NCBI GenBank assembly: GCA_002269645.1
Contig: NIVC01000067.1
Coordinates: 1,065,214-1,129,213, forward strand
Direction of reading: 5' to 3'
From: Macrostomum lignano
Taxonomy: Eukaryota
DNA length: 64,000 nt
The number at the start of each line of letters is the position of its first letter. Position 1 is the stretch's first letter. Below, in pieces: positions 36,417-47,210 of this stretch. Under the pieces are notes generated by a model. That model was not told the DNA's origin. It worked only from the letters and a program-made list of their open reading frames with translations, and ran no database searches. Position numbers and translations under genes: made by a program.

Positions 36417-37518
36417 GCAGTTGCTGTTGCACCCTGTAGCCTTTCCTTTGTGGCTTTGTGGATCTGATAGGGGGTTAACTGACCCCTCTGACCCCCGTCT
36501 AGATCGGCCGTCATATGCAAATATAAAGGATGCTGTTTATGACGAAAGAAAAGTAAAATTCTCAATGTGATATTTGTGGCGCAGTTTAGTTTGTATACCT
36601 CTATATATATATATATATATACATTCATACATATGCATAGGACCATAAGCATACTGTCGTAGTGTTTTTCTTGGCCTATTTGTCTTTGTTTTTAAGTTGC
36701 AAATTAGTATTTGTTTATTAATTTACCCTCTAAATATTGGCGACCAATCGAAATGAAAATGTTTAGTATCCTTGATTTCTTACTGTTTTTAATGCATATA
36801 TATACAGGTAGCATACATTTGACTATGCTGTTTTTAAGCTTCAATTCACTGCTGAGCGCAAACGTTTTTCTAATTACATACATATGCTGTATATAAAGTT
36901 GATACTCGATCTATTTAATAAAAATGAAACTGATTGACCCAGCAACAACTGCGCCCCATCGCCCTCTACCCGACCTGCTATACGGCATAAAAGTTTTGCA
37001 AGTCTTTTGTCGATTCGTTTGTGCCGCGTGACAGCTTGAGGTGCTGGGGAGGGAGGGTAGTTGTTTCTGAGTTATACTTCCTAAGGCTGGTACCAAGATA
37101 CAGGCGTATTGTTTATTGTTATTTAAAGAGTTAAAACCTTGTGACAGGTGGCAATACTGGTTACCGTGAGTTAGTTAGACAGGTTATTGATTGGTAGGTG
37201 TAGCCAGCGCAATTTCTGCTTCTAGTAGAGAGGAGGTTTCTGTTTGCAGCTGATAGCGAGGGGGGGCAGACTTCTGTTATAGAATATTGATAAGAAAGCC
37301 ACAGGGAACTGTGTGTGCTGATATGATTGCCTGAGAGTGAGACTGGTCTGTTAATAGAATTATTTACTCGTAGCTAAGTGCTCCGCTTCTGTCATCAGTT
37401 TCTGTAAGCAGCCTAAATTCTTTCAAGTGTACTTTTACACTGCCATCTCGTTTGCATATTTTGCGTCTAGATGTTTTAGGACTTAGCATATCTCTACCAG
37501 GATTCGAGTGTATAAGTA

Positions 37519-37641
37519 GCAGGATGCAGGTGCATAGGTAACAGGATGCAGGTGCATAGGTAACAGGATGCAGGTGCATAGGTAACAGGATGCAGGTGCA
37601 TAGGTAACAGGATGCAGGTGCAAAGGTAACAGGATGCAGGT
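37519..37641. repeat. 22-bp minisatellite (GCAGGTGCATAGGTAACAGGAT), ~5 copies, just upstream of the WDR82 ATG
   Basis: Direct reading. Confidence 0.9.
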
Positions 37642-37664
37642 CCGCCTCGCATTGCAGCCCCGCC

Positions 37665-39207
37665 ATGCGCCTATTGGACTCAACCTTGTGCGGCTTCAAA
37701 ACCGTCAAGGTGATGAAGGAGAACGCCGACAAGGTTAATTGCATCAACTTCGCCGCCAACGGCGACACCCTCATAGCTAGCTCTGACGATGATCTCATCG
37801 TCATCTACGACTGCATCGAGGGTGCACCAAAGCGGACGCTGAACTCGAAAAAGTACGGCGTTGATCTCATCCAGTTCACCCACGCAGCCAACACCGCTAT
37901 TCATTGTTCAACTAAAGTTGACGATACCATACGCTTCTTGTCGCTGCACGATAACAAGTACATCCGGTACTTTCCCGGGCACACTCGGAAGGTCACCTCG
38001 CTGTGTATGTCGCCTGTTGATGACACTTTCCTCAGCGGGGCCGCCGACCGCACCATCCGCCTGTGGGACCTGCGCTCGCCCTCCTGCCAGGGTCTCATGC
38101 ACGTGACCGGCCGCCCTGTGGCCGCGTTTGACCCAGAGGGATTAATCTTTGCTGCCGGAGTCAATTCCGAGTGCATCAAGCTGTACGACTTGCGCTCCTT
38201 TGACAAAGGACCGTTCGCCACCTTTAAGGTGAATTTTGTCACTGACTGATGCTTTGGGGAGCCGCTGAGTGTACATAGCATGTACATATACAGTTACACC
38301 GCTATGTACATTCACATGCGCATGTACACACCGACTCACCCCTATGTACATTCACGCATGAACACACCGACTCACCCCTATGTACATTCACGCATGTACA
38401 CACCGACTCACCCCTATGTACATTCACGCGCACATGTACACACTGACTCACCCCTATGTACATTCACGCGCACATGTACACACTGACTCACCCCTATGTA
38501 CATTCACGCGCACATGTACACACTGACTCACCCCTATGTACATTCACGCATGTACACACCGACTCACCCCTATGTACATTCACGCGCGCATGTACACACC
38601 GACTCACCCCTATGTACATTCACGCATGTACACACCCACTCACCCCTATGCACATTCACGCGCGCATGTACACACCCACCCGTCAATCAATACACAAAAC
38701 TGCTTCGCCAACCCGCAGGTCCCGGCCGTGTCATTCGGCGACAGCGCCGGCGGCCCGGCTGGTGGCGGCAACACGGCCGAGTGGACCCACCTGAAGTTCA
38801 GCCCGGACGGCAAGCTCATCCTGGTGTGCACCAATGGCTCCGCCATGCGCCTCATTGACGCCTTCACTGGCCGGGCTCTGCACGCCTTCACCGGCTACAA
38901 GAACTCTCGCCAGCTCAGCCTGGAGGCCAGCTTCACTCCGGACAGCCAGTTCGTCTTGGCCGGGAGCCTTGACGGCCGGGTGCACGCCTGGAACAGCGAC
39001 ACCGGCCAGAAGGTGACGGTGCTGAACGCCTACGAGGGCTCTCAGCAGCAGCCGGCGCAGCCGCAGCAGCCGCCATTGACTCCGACGTCGGCGGCGCCGC
39101 CGGAGGAGGTGGCGCCGATAACCTGCGTCCAGTTCAATCCGAAATACATGATGATGGCCACCGCCTCCAACTACATGGCCTTCTGGCTGCCCTATATTGA
39201 CGAGTGA
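37665..39207 (+). CDS. WDR82: WD repeat protein 82 (Swd2; SET1/COMPASS and PNUTS-PP1 subunit)
   Basis: Exons 37665-38228 and 38719-39207 (phase 0). Motifs: [120 protein letters not shown]. Confidence 0.96.
38290..38680. repeat. 36-40-bp intronic minisatellite (CATGTACACACCGACTCACCCCTATGTACATTCACG), ~10 copies
   Basis: Direct reading. Confidence 0.9.
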
Positions 39208-39384
39208 CCCGCTGCCCGCCCTCTGTTACAAACTGTATTTCTCGTCTCGCGTTCTCTCTGTACATATCGGACTGTTTAGATGGTCATTATCCCCGGCTCC
39301 TGTGCTTGCTGTCTGTCAGCTAGACTCTAACTGTTTCTTGGGTGTTTTCGTTGTATTTAGCAACCGTTGCTATGAGAACCAGTT

Positions 39385-39720
39385 GTATTACCAACCGTTG
39401 CTAAGGAGTTGCTATATCAGCAACTGTTGCTAAAGTGTTGTATTAGCAACTGTCGCTAAAGCTTTAACCGTTGCTAAGGACCTGCTGTATTACCAACCGT
39501 TGCTAAGGAGTTGCTATATCAGCAACTGTTGCTAAAGTGTTGTATTAGCAACTGTCGCTATAGTTTTAACCGTTGCTGAGGACCTGCTGTATTACCAACC
39601 GTTGCTAAGGAGTTGCTATATCAGCAACTGTTGCTAAAGTGTTGTATTAGCAACTGTCGCTATAGTTTTAACCGTTGCTGAGGACCTGCTGTTTTACCAA
39701 CCGTTGCTAAGATGTTTTCA
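39385..39720. repeat. 102-bp tandem repeat (~3 copies) built from GTTGCTA/TAGCAAC modules; diverged modules continue to ~39830
   Basis: CCAACCGTTGCTAAGGAG at 39391, 39493 and 39595. Confidence 0.85.
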
Positions 39721-40159
39721 TAAATTATAACCGTTGTTAATTAAAGAGTTGTTCTATCAGCAACCGTTGCTAAAGAGTCGTATTAGCAACCGTTGCTAAG
39801 GGGTTGTATTAGCAAGAACTAAGGGTCTTGGACTTAGCGAAAAACAAACGGCTGTCTCGAAAAAAGGTTCAAATCTTAAGTTTATTACGAGATATTTCTA
39901 TGCTTGCTCGATCGCATCTCATTGCGTGTATGCTAGCTCTAGTTCAAGTTTTTAAATGGTTTTTCTGTCTTTTAGAAAAGTGTCTAATGTACTTTGTCTG
40001 TCAATCTGTATACCCAATAAAGTACAAATTGCAGTTATTGTGGCTTGTTGGCAATGCGAACGCATTTAGCACTGCTGACTGATTGCAGCGTTTCATGCAA
40101 TTGTTTATGCCTTCTCTATCGACCTTTGTTTCTGAATTTTTCTCAATTTTGAATGAAAT

Positions 40160-40660
40160 ATTGATCTGACAATGTGGATAGGTATCTGACAATTCCGATA
40201 GGGATCTGACAATTCCGATAGAGATCTGACAATTCCGATAGGGATCTGACAATTCCGATAGGGATCTGACAATGCGGATAGGTATCTGACAATCCGGATA
40301 GGGATCTGACAATGCGGATAGGGATCTGACAATGCGGATAGGGATTTGACAATCCGGATAGGGATCTGACAATGCGGATAGGGATCTGACAATGCGGATA
40401 GGGATCTGACAATGCGGATAGGGATTTGACAATCCGGATAGGGATCTGACAATGCGGATAGGGATTTGACAATCCGGATAGGGATCTGACAATGCGGATA
40501 GGGATCTGACAATGCGGATAGGGATCTGACAATTCCGATAGGGATCTGACAATGCGGATACGGATCTGACAATGCGGGTATGGATCTGACAATGCGGATA
40601 TGGATCTGACAATGCGGATAAGGATCTGACAATGCGGATAAGGATCTGACAATGCAGATA
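40160..40660. repeat. 20-bp minisatellite (GGGATCTGACAATGCGGATA), ~24 copies
   Basis: Direct reading. Confidence 0.95.
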
Positions 40661-40984
40661 GGGAATAAAAAGGAAATGAAAAGACTCAATTCAGACAGAA
40701 TCATACCAAAGTCGTGTTCAGTCTGCTTTCTAATATACTTAGCTAAATTAAAGTAAAGCTTATAAAAAGTACATTAAACTAAAAACAATAAAATTTATTT
40801 CAACTTTTTGTACCATTTGCTGCGGTTAACCATTTGAAAAGGCATTAATAATATTGTCTCTCAGTTGCTAAGTAAATGACGGTATCTGGTTATGTGAAAT
40901 TAAAATAACAGATCTCAGTTTCTAATTCTAATATAAGTGTCACTGGCAGCTGTTTGCGATCTGTGAATATATCTGGGTCAGTGC

Positions 40985-42494
40985 TTAGGCATAGAAGTCC
41001 TGCTGCATCCGCTGCTGCACAAACTCCTGCAAAGTGTGGCGCAGTCGTTCCATCTCTTCTAGGGACTGCCTGCCCAGCTTGTAAACCCGCTTCTTTTTGC
41101 ACCTGCCGGAGTCCTGGGCAGCGAAGTATCCTCCTGTGGCAGCGTTGCCGCGTCGCACCCTGTTATAGGGCGAGAATTAAGCCATGAAACAATAAGATTC
41201 TTCATAGATCCCCACTTATCAGATCCCTATTTCTAATCTCAGATACCTATCTATAGTCTCTGATATCATTTTTAACCTATGATCCCCATTTGTAGTCTCT
41301 TATCCCCATTTATAGCCTCAGATCCCCATTTCTAATCTCAGATCCCATTTATAATCTCAGATCCCCATTTCTAATCTCAGATCCCCATTTCTAATCTCAG
41401 ATTCCCATTTCTAATCTCAGATTCCCATTTTTAATCTCAGATTCCCATTTCTAATCTCAGATCCCCATTTCTAATCTCAGATCCCCATTTCTAATCTCAG
41501 ATCCGCATTTCTAATCTCAGATCCCCATTTCTAATCTCAGATCCCCATTTATAATCTCAGATCCCCATTTCTAATCTCAGATCCCCATTTCTAATCTCAG
41601 ATCCCCATTTACAATCTCAGATCCCCATTTTTAATCTCAGATTCCCATTTCTAATCTCAGATTCCCATAAGTAGACACAGGTCCCCATAAGTAAACTCAG
41701 ATCCCCATCAGGAAGTGCAGTGTCGCACCGCATGGCCCTGGCAAAGGTCTCGTATTTGCCAGTCCGGTTCCCTTTGATCCTCTGCCACAGCAGCGCCATG
41801 GTCTCCGTGTCCAGCGCCTTGAAGAAGCCGCTCTGGCCGCTGCAGCGCCGGCCCAGTTGGTCGCAGAAGGCGAGAATTCCAGCCAGACCGGCCGGGAAGT
41901 TGATGGCGCCATTCAGGGCGCCCTGGGTGATGAGCAGCACGATGAGGATGACTTCGTGAACTCGAACCCGCGATGAGAGACCATCAGGCCGGTTGCCGCG
42001 GCTCTCTGGGGTTGATTGATTGATTGATAGATTGGTTGGCTGGTAGTTTGGTAGATTGATAGGCTGGTAGTTTGGTAGATTGATAGGCTGGTAGTTTGGT
42101 AGATTGATAGGCTGGTAGTTTGGTAGATTGATTGGTAGTTTGGTAGGTAGATACACGAGCGTAGTTGTAGCCTAGTACGAGTAGGTTGGTAGGTTAAAAG
42201 GCGGGTAGGTTGGTTGGTAGATTGGTAGGTTGGTAGATTGCTAGGTTGGTAGATTGCTAGGTTGGTAGGTTGGCAGATTGGTAGGTTGGTAGATTGCTAG
42301 GTTGGTAGGTTGGCAGATTGGTAGGTTGGTAGATTGTTTAGTAAATAAGTAGGCTGGTAGTAGTTTGGAAGATTTAATCGTTTCTCTCACCAATAATCAG
42401 TTTTATGAAGTCGGACATCTCCTTAATCTCCTGTTCACGACTCGCTTCTGGATAGACAAGCTTCTGCGACGGCGGCTGCTGCTGCTGCGGCGGC

Positions 42495-42551
<57 letters not shown>

Positions 42552-42778
42552 GTCGGCGGCTTCGACGGCGATAGCGGAGGCGTCAGCGAGGGCGGCTGCT
42601 GTTGATATGGCGGCAGAATAGGCGCGGGTTCGTGTCCTTCAACTGGCTCGAGTTGGAGAAACTCCGCGACCGGCGGCAGTTGGAAGTAAAACTCTGTTGA
42701 TTCGACCAGTCTCTGGTTGGGCCATAGATAGTCGCTGCCATTGTGGAGTAGCAGGGGTTCGCGATTAGTCCACGGAAT
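40985..42778 (-). CDS. Divergent ETS-domain (winged-helix) transcription factor-like protein; 5' exon(s) not resolved
   Basis: Exons 42778-42391, 42005-41729 and 41159-40985 join in frame (phases 1, 2). Pro/Gln-rich segment, then RVHEVILIVLL..GILAFCD..GFFKALDTETMALLWQRIKGNRTGKYETFARAMR|VRR..GYF..KKKRVYKLG. This parallels the ETS consensus LW.FL..LL..I.W..F...D...VA.LWG..K....M.Y.KLSRA.RYYY..L.Y.F. Confidence 0.72.
41215..41700. repeat. 20-bp intronic minisatellite (CTCAGATCCCCATTTCTAAT), ~20 copies
   Basis: Direct reading. Confidence 0.92.
42035..42360. repeat. Low-complexity GGTAG/GGTTG/GATTG intronic repeat
   Basis: Direct reading; includes a 24-bp period and 16-bp units. Confidence 0.8.
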
Positions 42779-42839
42779 CTATCTGCTCGATAGGCTACAG
42801 CAATGCCGCATCTACATGTCGATCAGAGGTTTACTCAAA

Positions 42840-43232
42840 CACTACCAGGCTACTCCCAGACACTACTAGGCTACTCTCAGACACTTCTAGGCTACTCCCA
42901 GACACTACTAGGCTACCACTCCCAGACACTACTAGGCTACCACTCCCAGAAACTACTAGGCTACTCCCAGACACTACTAGGCTACCACTCCCAGACACTA
43001 CTAGGCTACCACTCCCAGACACTACTAGGCTACCACTCCCAGACACTACTAGGCTACCACTCCCAGACACTACTAGGCTACCACTCCCAGACACTACTAG
43101 GCTACTCCCAGACACTACTAGGCTACCACTCCCAGACACTACTAGGCTACCACTCCCAGACACTACTAGGCTACCACTCCCAGACACTACTAGGCTACTC
43201 CCAGACACTACTAGGCTACTCCCAGACACTAT
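42840..43232. repeat. 21/24-bp minisatellite (CCAGACACTACTAGGCTAC(CAC)TC), ~17 copies; left arm of an inverted pair
   Basis: Direct reading. Confidence 0.95.
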
Positions 43233-43754
43233 CTCAGCGGTTTGACAAACCCAGGGGTCGCTGAACTCCGGCTTATGAATCTCCAAAAAACTCAATTACC
43301 GCTCAAAGTCTGTGTCTCTTCTCAGCTCTCTCTCTCTCTCTCCTCTCCCCTCTCATCTCTTATCTTTTCTCTTATCCAATATCCCGCTCAACATAAATAT
43401 TTAACTTACTCCATAGTTTCCGCCGCGTTGTGTGAGTTGTGTCAGTTTTTTTAGCTACTGTTATTTCGTATTCTGTTGTCACAGTTGCTTGTGCCACTTT
43501 TCAGCCAGTTATTTAAACCTTTTCAATGAAAAAACGCGCCGGAGTGTGACCACCAACATGTCGGACAGCGAGCAGGCTTTTCGAGTTGAACTCGTGAAAA
43601 CACTCGCAGATAAAAGATGAGGTGTGTAGAAACCTAGCAGCTTCTTTTCTGCCATTGTCTAGCCGAGGAGTTTTACAATGCGCAGGTATATATCTGGAAT
43701 GCTTCCACTCTCATTTTTTGCATGCACGGAATTGAAGTTTTCTGTATGTAATTC

Positions 43755-45990
43755 TCTGGGAGTAGCCTAGCAGTGTCTGGGAGTAGCCTAGTAGTGTCTG
43801 AGAGTAGCCAAGTAGTGTCTGAGAGTAGCCAAGTAGTGTCTGAGAGTAGCCAAGTAGTTTCTGGGAGTAGCCTAGTAGTGTCTGGGAGTAGCCTAGTAGT
43901 GTCTGGGAGTAGCCTAGTAGTGTCTGGGAGTAGCCTAGTAGTGTCTGGGAGTAGCCTAGTAGTGTCTGGGAGTAGCCTAGTAGTGTCTGGGAGTAGCCAG
44001 TAATGTCTGGGAGTAGCCTAGTAGTGTCTGGGAGTAGCCTAGTAGTGTCTGGGAGTAGCCAGTAATGTCTGGGAGTAGCCTAGTAGTGTCTGGGAGTGGT
44101 AGCCTAGTAGTGTCTGGGAGTAGCCAGTAGTGTCTGGGAGTAGCCTAGTAGTGTCTGGGAGTAGCCTAGTAGTGTCTGGGAGTGGTAGCCTAGTAGTGTC
44201 TGGGAGTAGCCTAGTAGTGTCTGGGAGTGGTAGCCTAGTAGTGTCTGGGAGTAGCCTAGTAGTGTCTGGGAGTAGCCAGTAATGTCTGGGAGTAGCCTAG
44301 TAGTGTCTGGGAGTAGCCAGTAATGTCTGGGAGTAGCCTAGTAGTGTCTGGGAGTAGCCAGTAGTGTCTGGGAGTAGCCTAGTAGTGTCTGGGAGTAGCC
44401 AGTAATGTCTGGGAGTAGCCTAGTAGTGTCTGGGAGTAGCCAGTAGTGTCTGGGAGTGGTAGCCTAGTAGTGTCTGGGAGTAGCCAGTAATGTCTGGGAG
44501 TAGCCTAGTAGTGTCTGGGAGTAGCCTAGTAGTGTCTGGGAGTGGTAGCCTAGTAGTGTCTGGGAGTAGCCTAGTAGTGTCTGGGAGTGGTAGCCTAGTA
44601 GTGTCTGGGAGTAGCCTAGTAGTGTCTGGGAGTAGCCAGTAGTGTCTGGGAGTAGCCTAGTAGTGTCTGGGAGTAGCCAGTAATGTCTGGGAGTAGCCTA
44701 GTGGTGTCTGGGTGTAGCCTAGTAGTGTCTGGGAGTGGTAGCCTAGTAGTGTCTGGGAGTAGCCTAGTAGTGTCTGGGAGTGGTAGCCTAGTAGTGTCTG
44801 GGAGTAGCCTAGTAGTGTCTGGGAGTAGCCTAGTAGTGTCTGGGAGTAGCCTAGTAGTGTCTGGGAGTAGCCAGTAGTGTCTGGGAGTAGCCTAGTAGTG
44901 TCTGGGAGTAGCCTAGTAGTGTCTGGGAGTGGTAGCCTAGTAGTGTCTGGGAGTAGCCTAGTAGTGTCTGGGAGTGGTAGCCTAGTAGTGTCTGGGAGTA
45001 GCCTAGTAGTGTCTGGGAGTAGCCAGTAATGTCTGGGAGTAGCCTAGTAGTGTCTGGGAGTAGCCAGTAATGTCTGGGAGTAGCCTAGTAGTGTCTGGGA
45101 GTAGCCAGTAGTGTCTGGGAGTAGCCTAGTAGTGTCTGGGAGTAGCCAGTAATGTCTGGGAGTAGCCTAGTAGTGTCTGGGAGTAGCCAGTAGTGTCTGG
45201 GAGTGGTAGCCTAGTAGTGTCTGGGAGTAGCCAGTAATGTCTGGGAGTAGCCTAGTAGTGTCTGGGAGTAGCCTAGTAGTGTCTGGGAGTGGTAGCCTAG
45301 TAGTGTCTGGGAGTAGCCTAGTAGTTTCTGGGAGTGGTAGCCTAGTAGTGTCTGGGAGTAGCCTAGTAGTGTCTGGGAGTAGCCAGTAGTGTCTGGGAGT
45401 AGCCTAGTAGTGTCTGGGAGTAGCCAGTAATGTCTGGGAGTAGCCTAGTGGTGTCTGGGTGTAGCCTAGTAGTGTCTGGGAGTGGTAGCCTAGTAGTGTC
45501 TGGGAGTAGCCTAGTAGTGTCTGGGAGTGGTAGCCTAGTAGTGTCTGGGAGTAGCCTAGTAGTGTCTGGGAGTAGCCAGTAGTGTCTGGGAGTAGCCTAG
45601 TAGTGTCTGGGAGTAGCCAGTAATGTCTGGGAGTAGCCTAGTGGTGTCTGGGAGTAGCCTAGTAGTGTCTGGGAGTAGCCTAGTAGTGTCTGGGAGTGGT
45701 AGCCTAGTAGTGTCTGGGAGTAGCCTAGTAGTGTCTGGGAGTGGTAGCCTAGTAGTGTCTGGGAGTAGCCTAGTAGTGTCTGGGAGTAGCCAGTAGTGTC
45801 TGGGAGTAGCCTAGTAGTGTCTGGGAGTAGCCAGTAATGTCTGGGAGTAGCCTAGTAGTGTCTGGGAGTAGCCTAGTAGTGTCTGGGAGTAGCCTAGTAG
45901 TGTCTGGGAGTAGCCTAGTAGTGTCTGGGAGTGGTAGCCTAGTAGTGTCTGGGAGTAGCCTAGTAGTGTCTGGGAGTGGTAGCCTAGTGG
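43755..45990. repeat. Same minisatellite in the opposite orientation (GAGT(GGT)AGCCTAGTAGTGTCTGG; 20/21/24-bp units), ~100 copies; right arm
   Basis: Units are the reverse complement of the 42840-43232 units; internal higher-order blocks visible. Confidence 0.95.
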
Positions 45991-46599
45991 TCCTTGAGTT
46001 ATTATTTTTAAAACCTAACCAAATCAAACATTTTGTGCCATTAATTTTGCTGTCCAGATGTTTCTATCCAGTACTCCATGACTCAGCTTGGCCTTTTGAC
46101 AAACAAGTTTTCTATATTCAACAACAGAAACCATTCTATTTATCCGAACGGATATATAAAACAAAACTGAAATTGACTGCTATTCTGGCAGTGAAATTAA
46201 CCAAGCTATTGTTAAGTGGAAAAATTTTATCTTGCAGAAGATACACTTGTTAATTAACCTGACCGGCGGCACTGTGTTGTTTATGCACTGAGCCGCAGCT
46301 GAGACCCGCTTTTTGCTGTTGATGTCAGCGAAATCAAGTTAATTAATTTGCGCACTGCTATTCGGTGTAGATCGGAGTCTGGAGCTTTCTTGGCTGTTAA
46401 ACCTCTTGAATAAGCAAAAAAATTCGTGTTTGAAAATTTCTATTCACTTCTTCTATTGTCTGAATTTTACAACAATTTTTTTGCATAGCTGGCACAATGG
46501 GCATGGCCTTTGCTGGTCAAGTGCTGCTTTGGGCCTTGGGGTGTCTGAGGTGTCTGGGCGGACCCAACCTGTCTGCAAAAACTACCTGCCCGCCTATCT

Positions 46600-46925
46600 A
46601 CCCGGTTAACAACTTACCTACCTACGTACCTACCAACCTGTCTACCTATCTGTCTACCTACCTACCTACCTACTATCTACCTGTCGAGTTGTCTACCTAT
46701 ATGTACCTACCTGCCTACCTAGCTTAGTAGTGTCTGGGAGTAGCCTAGTGGTGTCTGGGAGTAGCCTAGTAGTGTCTGGGAGTAGCATAGTAGTGTCTGA
46801 GAGTAGCCAAGTAGTGTCCGGGAGTAGCCTAGTAGTGTCTGGGAGTAGCCTAGTAGTGTCTGGGAGTAGCCTAGTAGTTTCTGGGAGTGGTAGCCTAGTA
46901 GTGTCTTTGAGAAGCCTAGTAGTGT
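46600..46925. repeat. CTACC-rich tract followed by a third block (~46726-46925) of the GAGTAGCCTAGTAGTGTCTGG minisatellite
   Basis: Direct reading. Confidence 0.85.
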
Positions 46926-47210
46926 CTCTTGCCGAGGTTTGCTCAGCAGTGTCTTTTAGCTGGCCTATGGCAAGGATAGTCCTGAAGTGTCACGTAGAAT
47001 TGAGTCAGCTTCAGTGTGGCAATCTTCGAAATTAGTAAACTTTCTGCATCCAAAATAAAAGTGCTTTACTTCAATTTTCTAACCAGATTTGCACTTTTAG
47101 TTTCCTTCCCAGTCAATCAATTTTTTGTTACATTATTATTATTACTACAAGCGTATTATTATTATTACTCAACAGGCTTTTCAATTTCTTTTTGTCGCAG
47201 TTAGTTTCAA

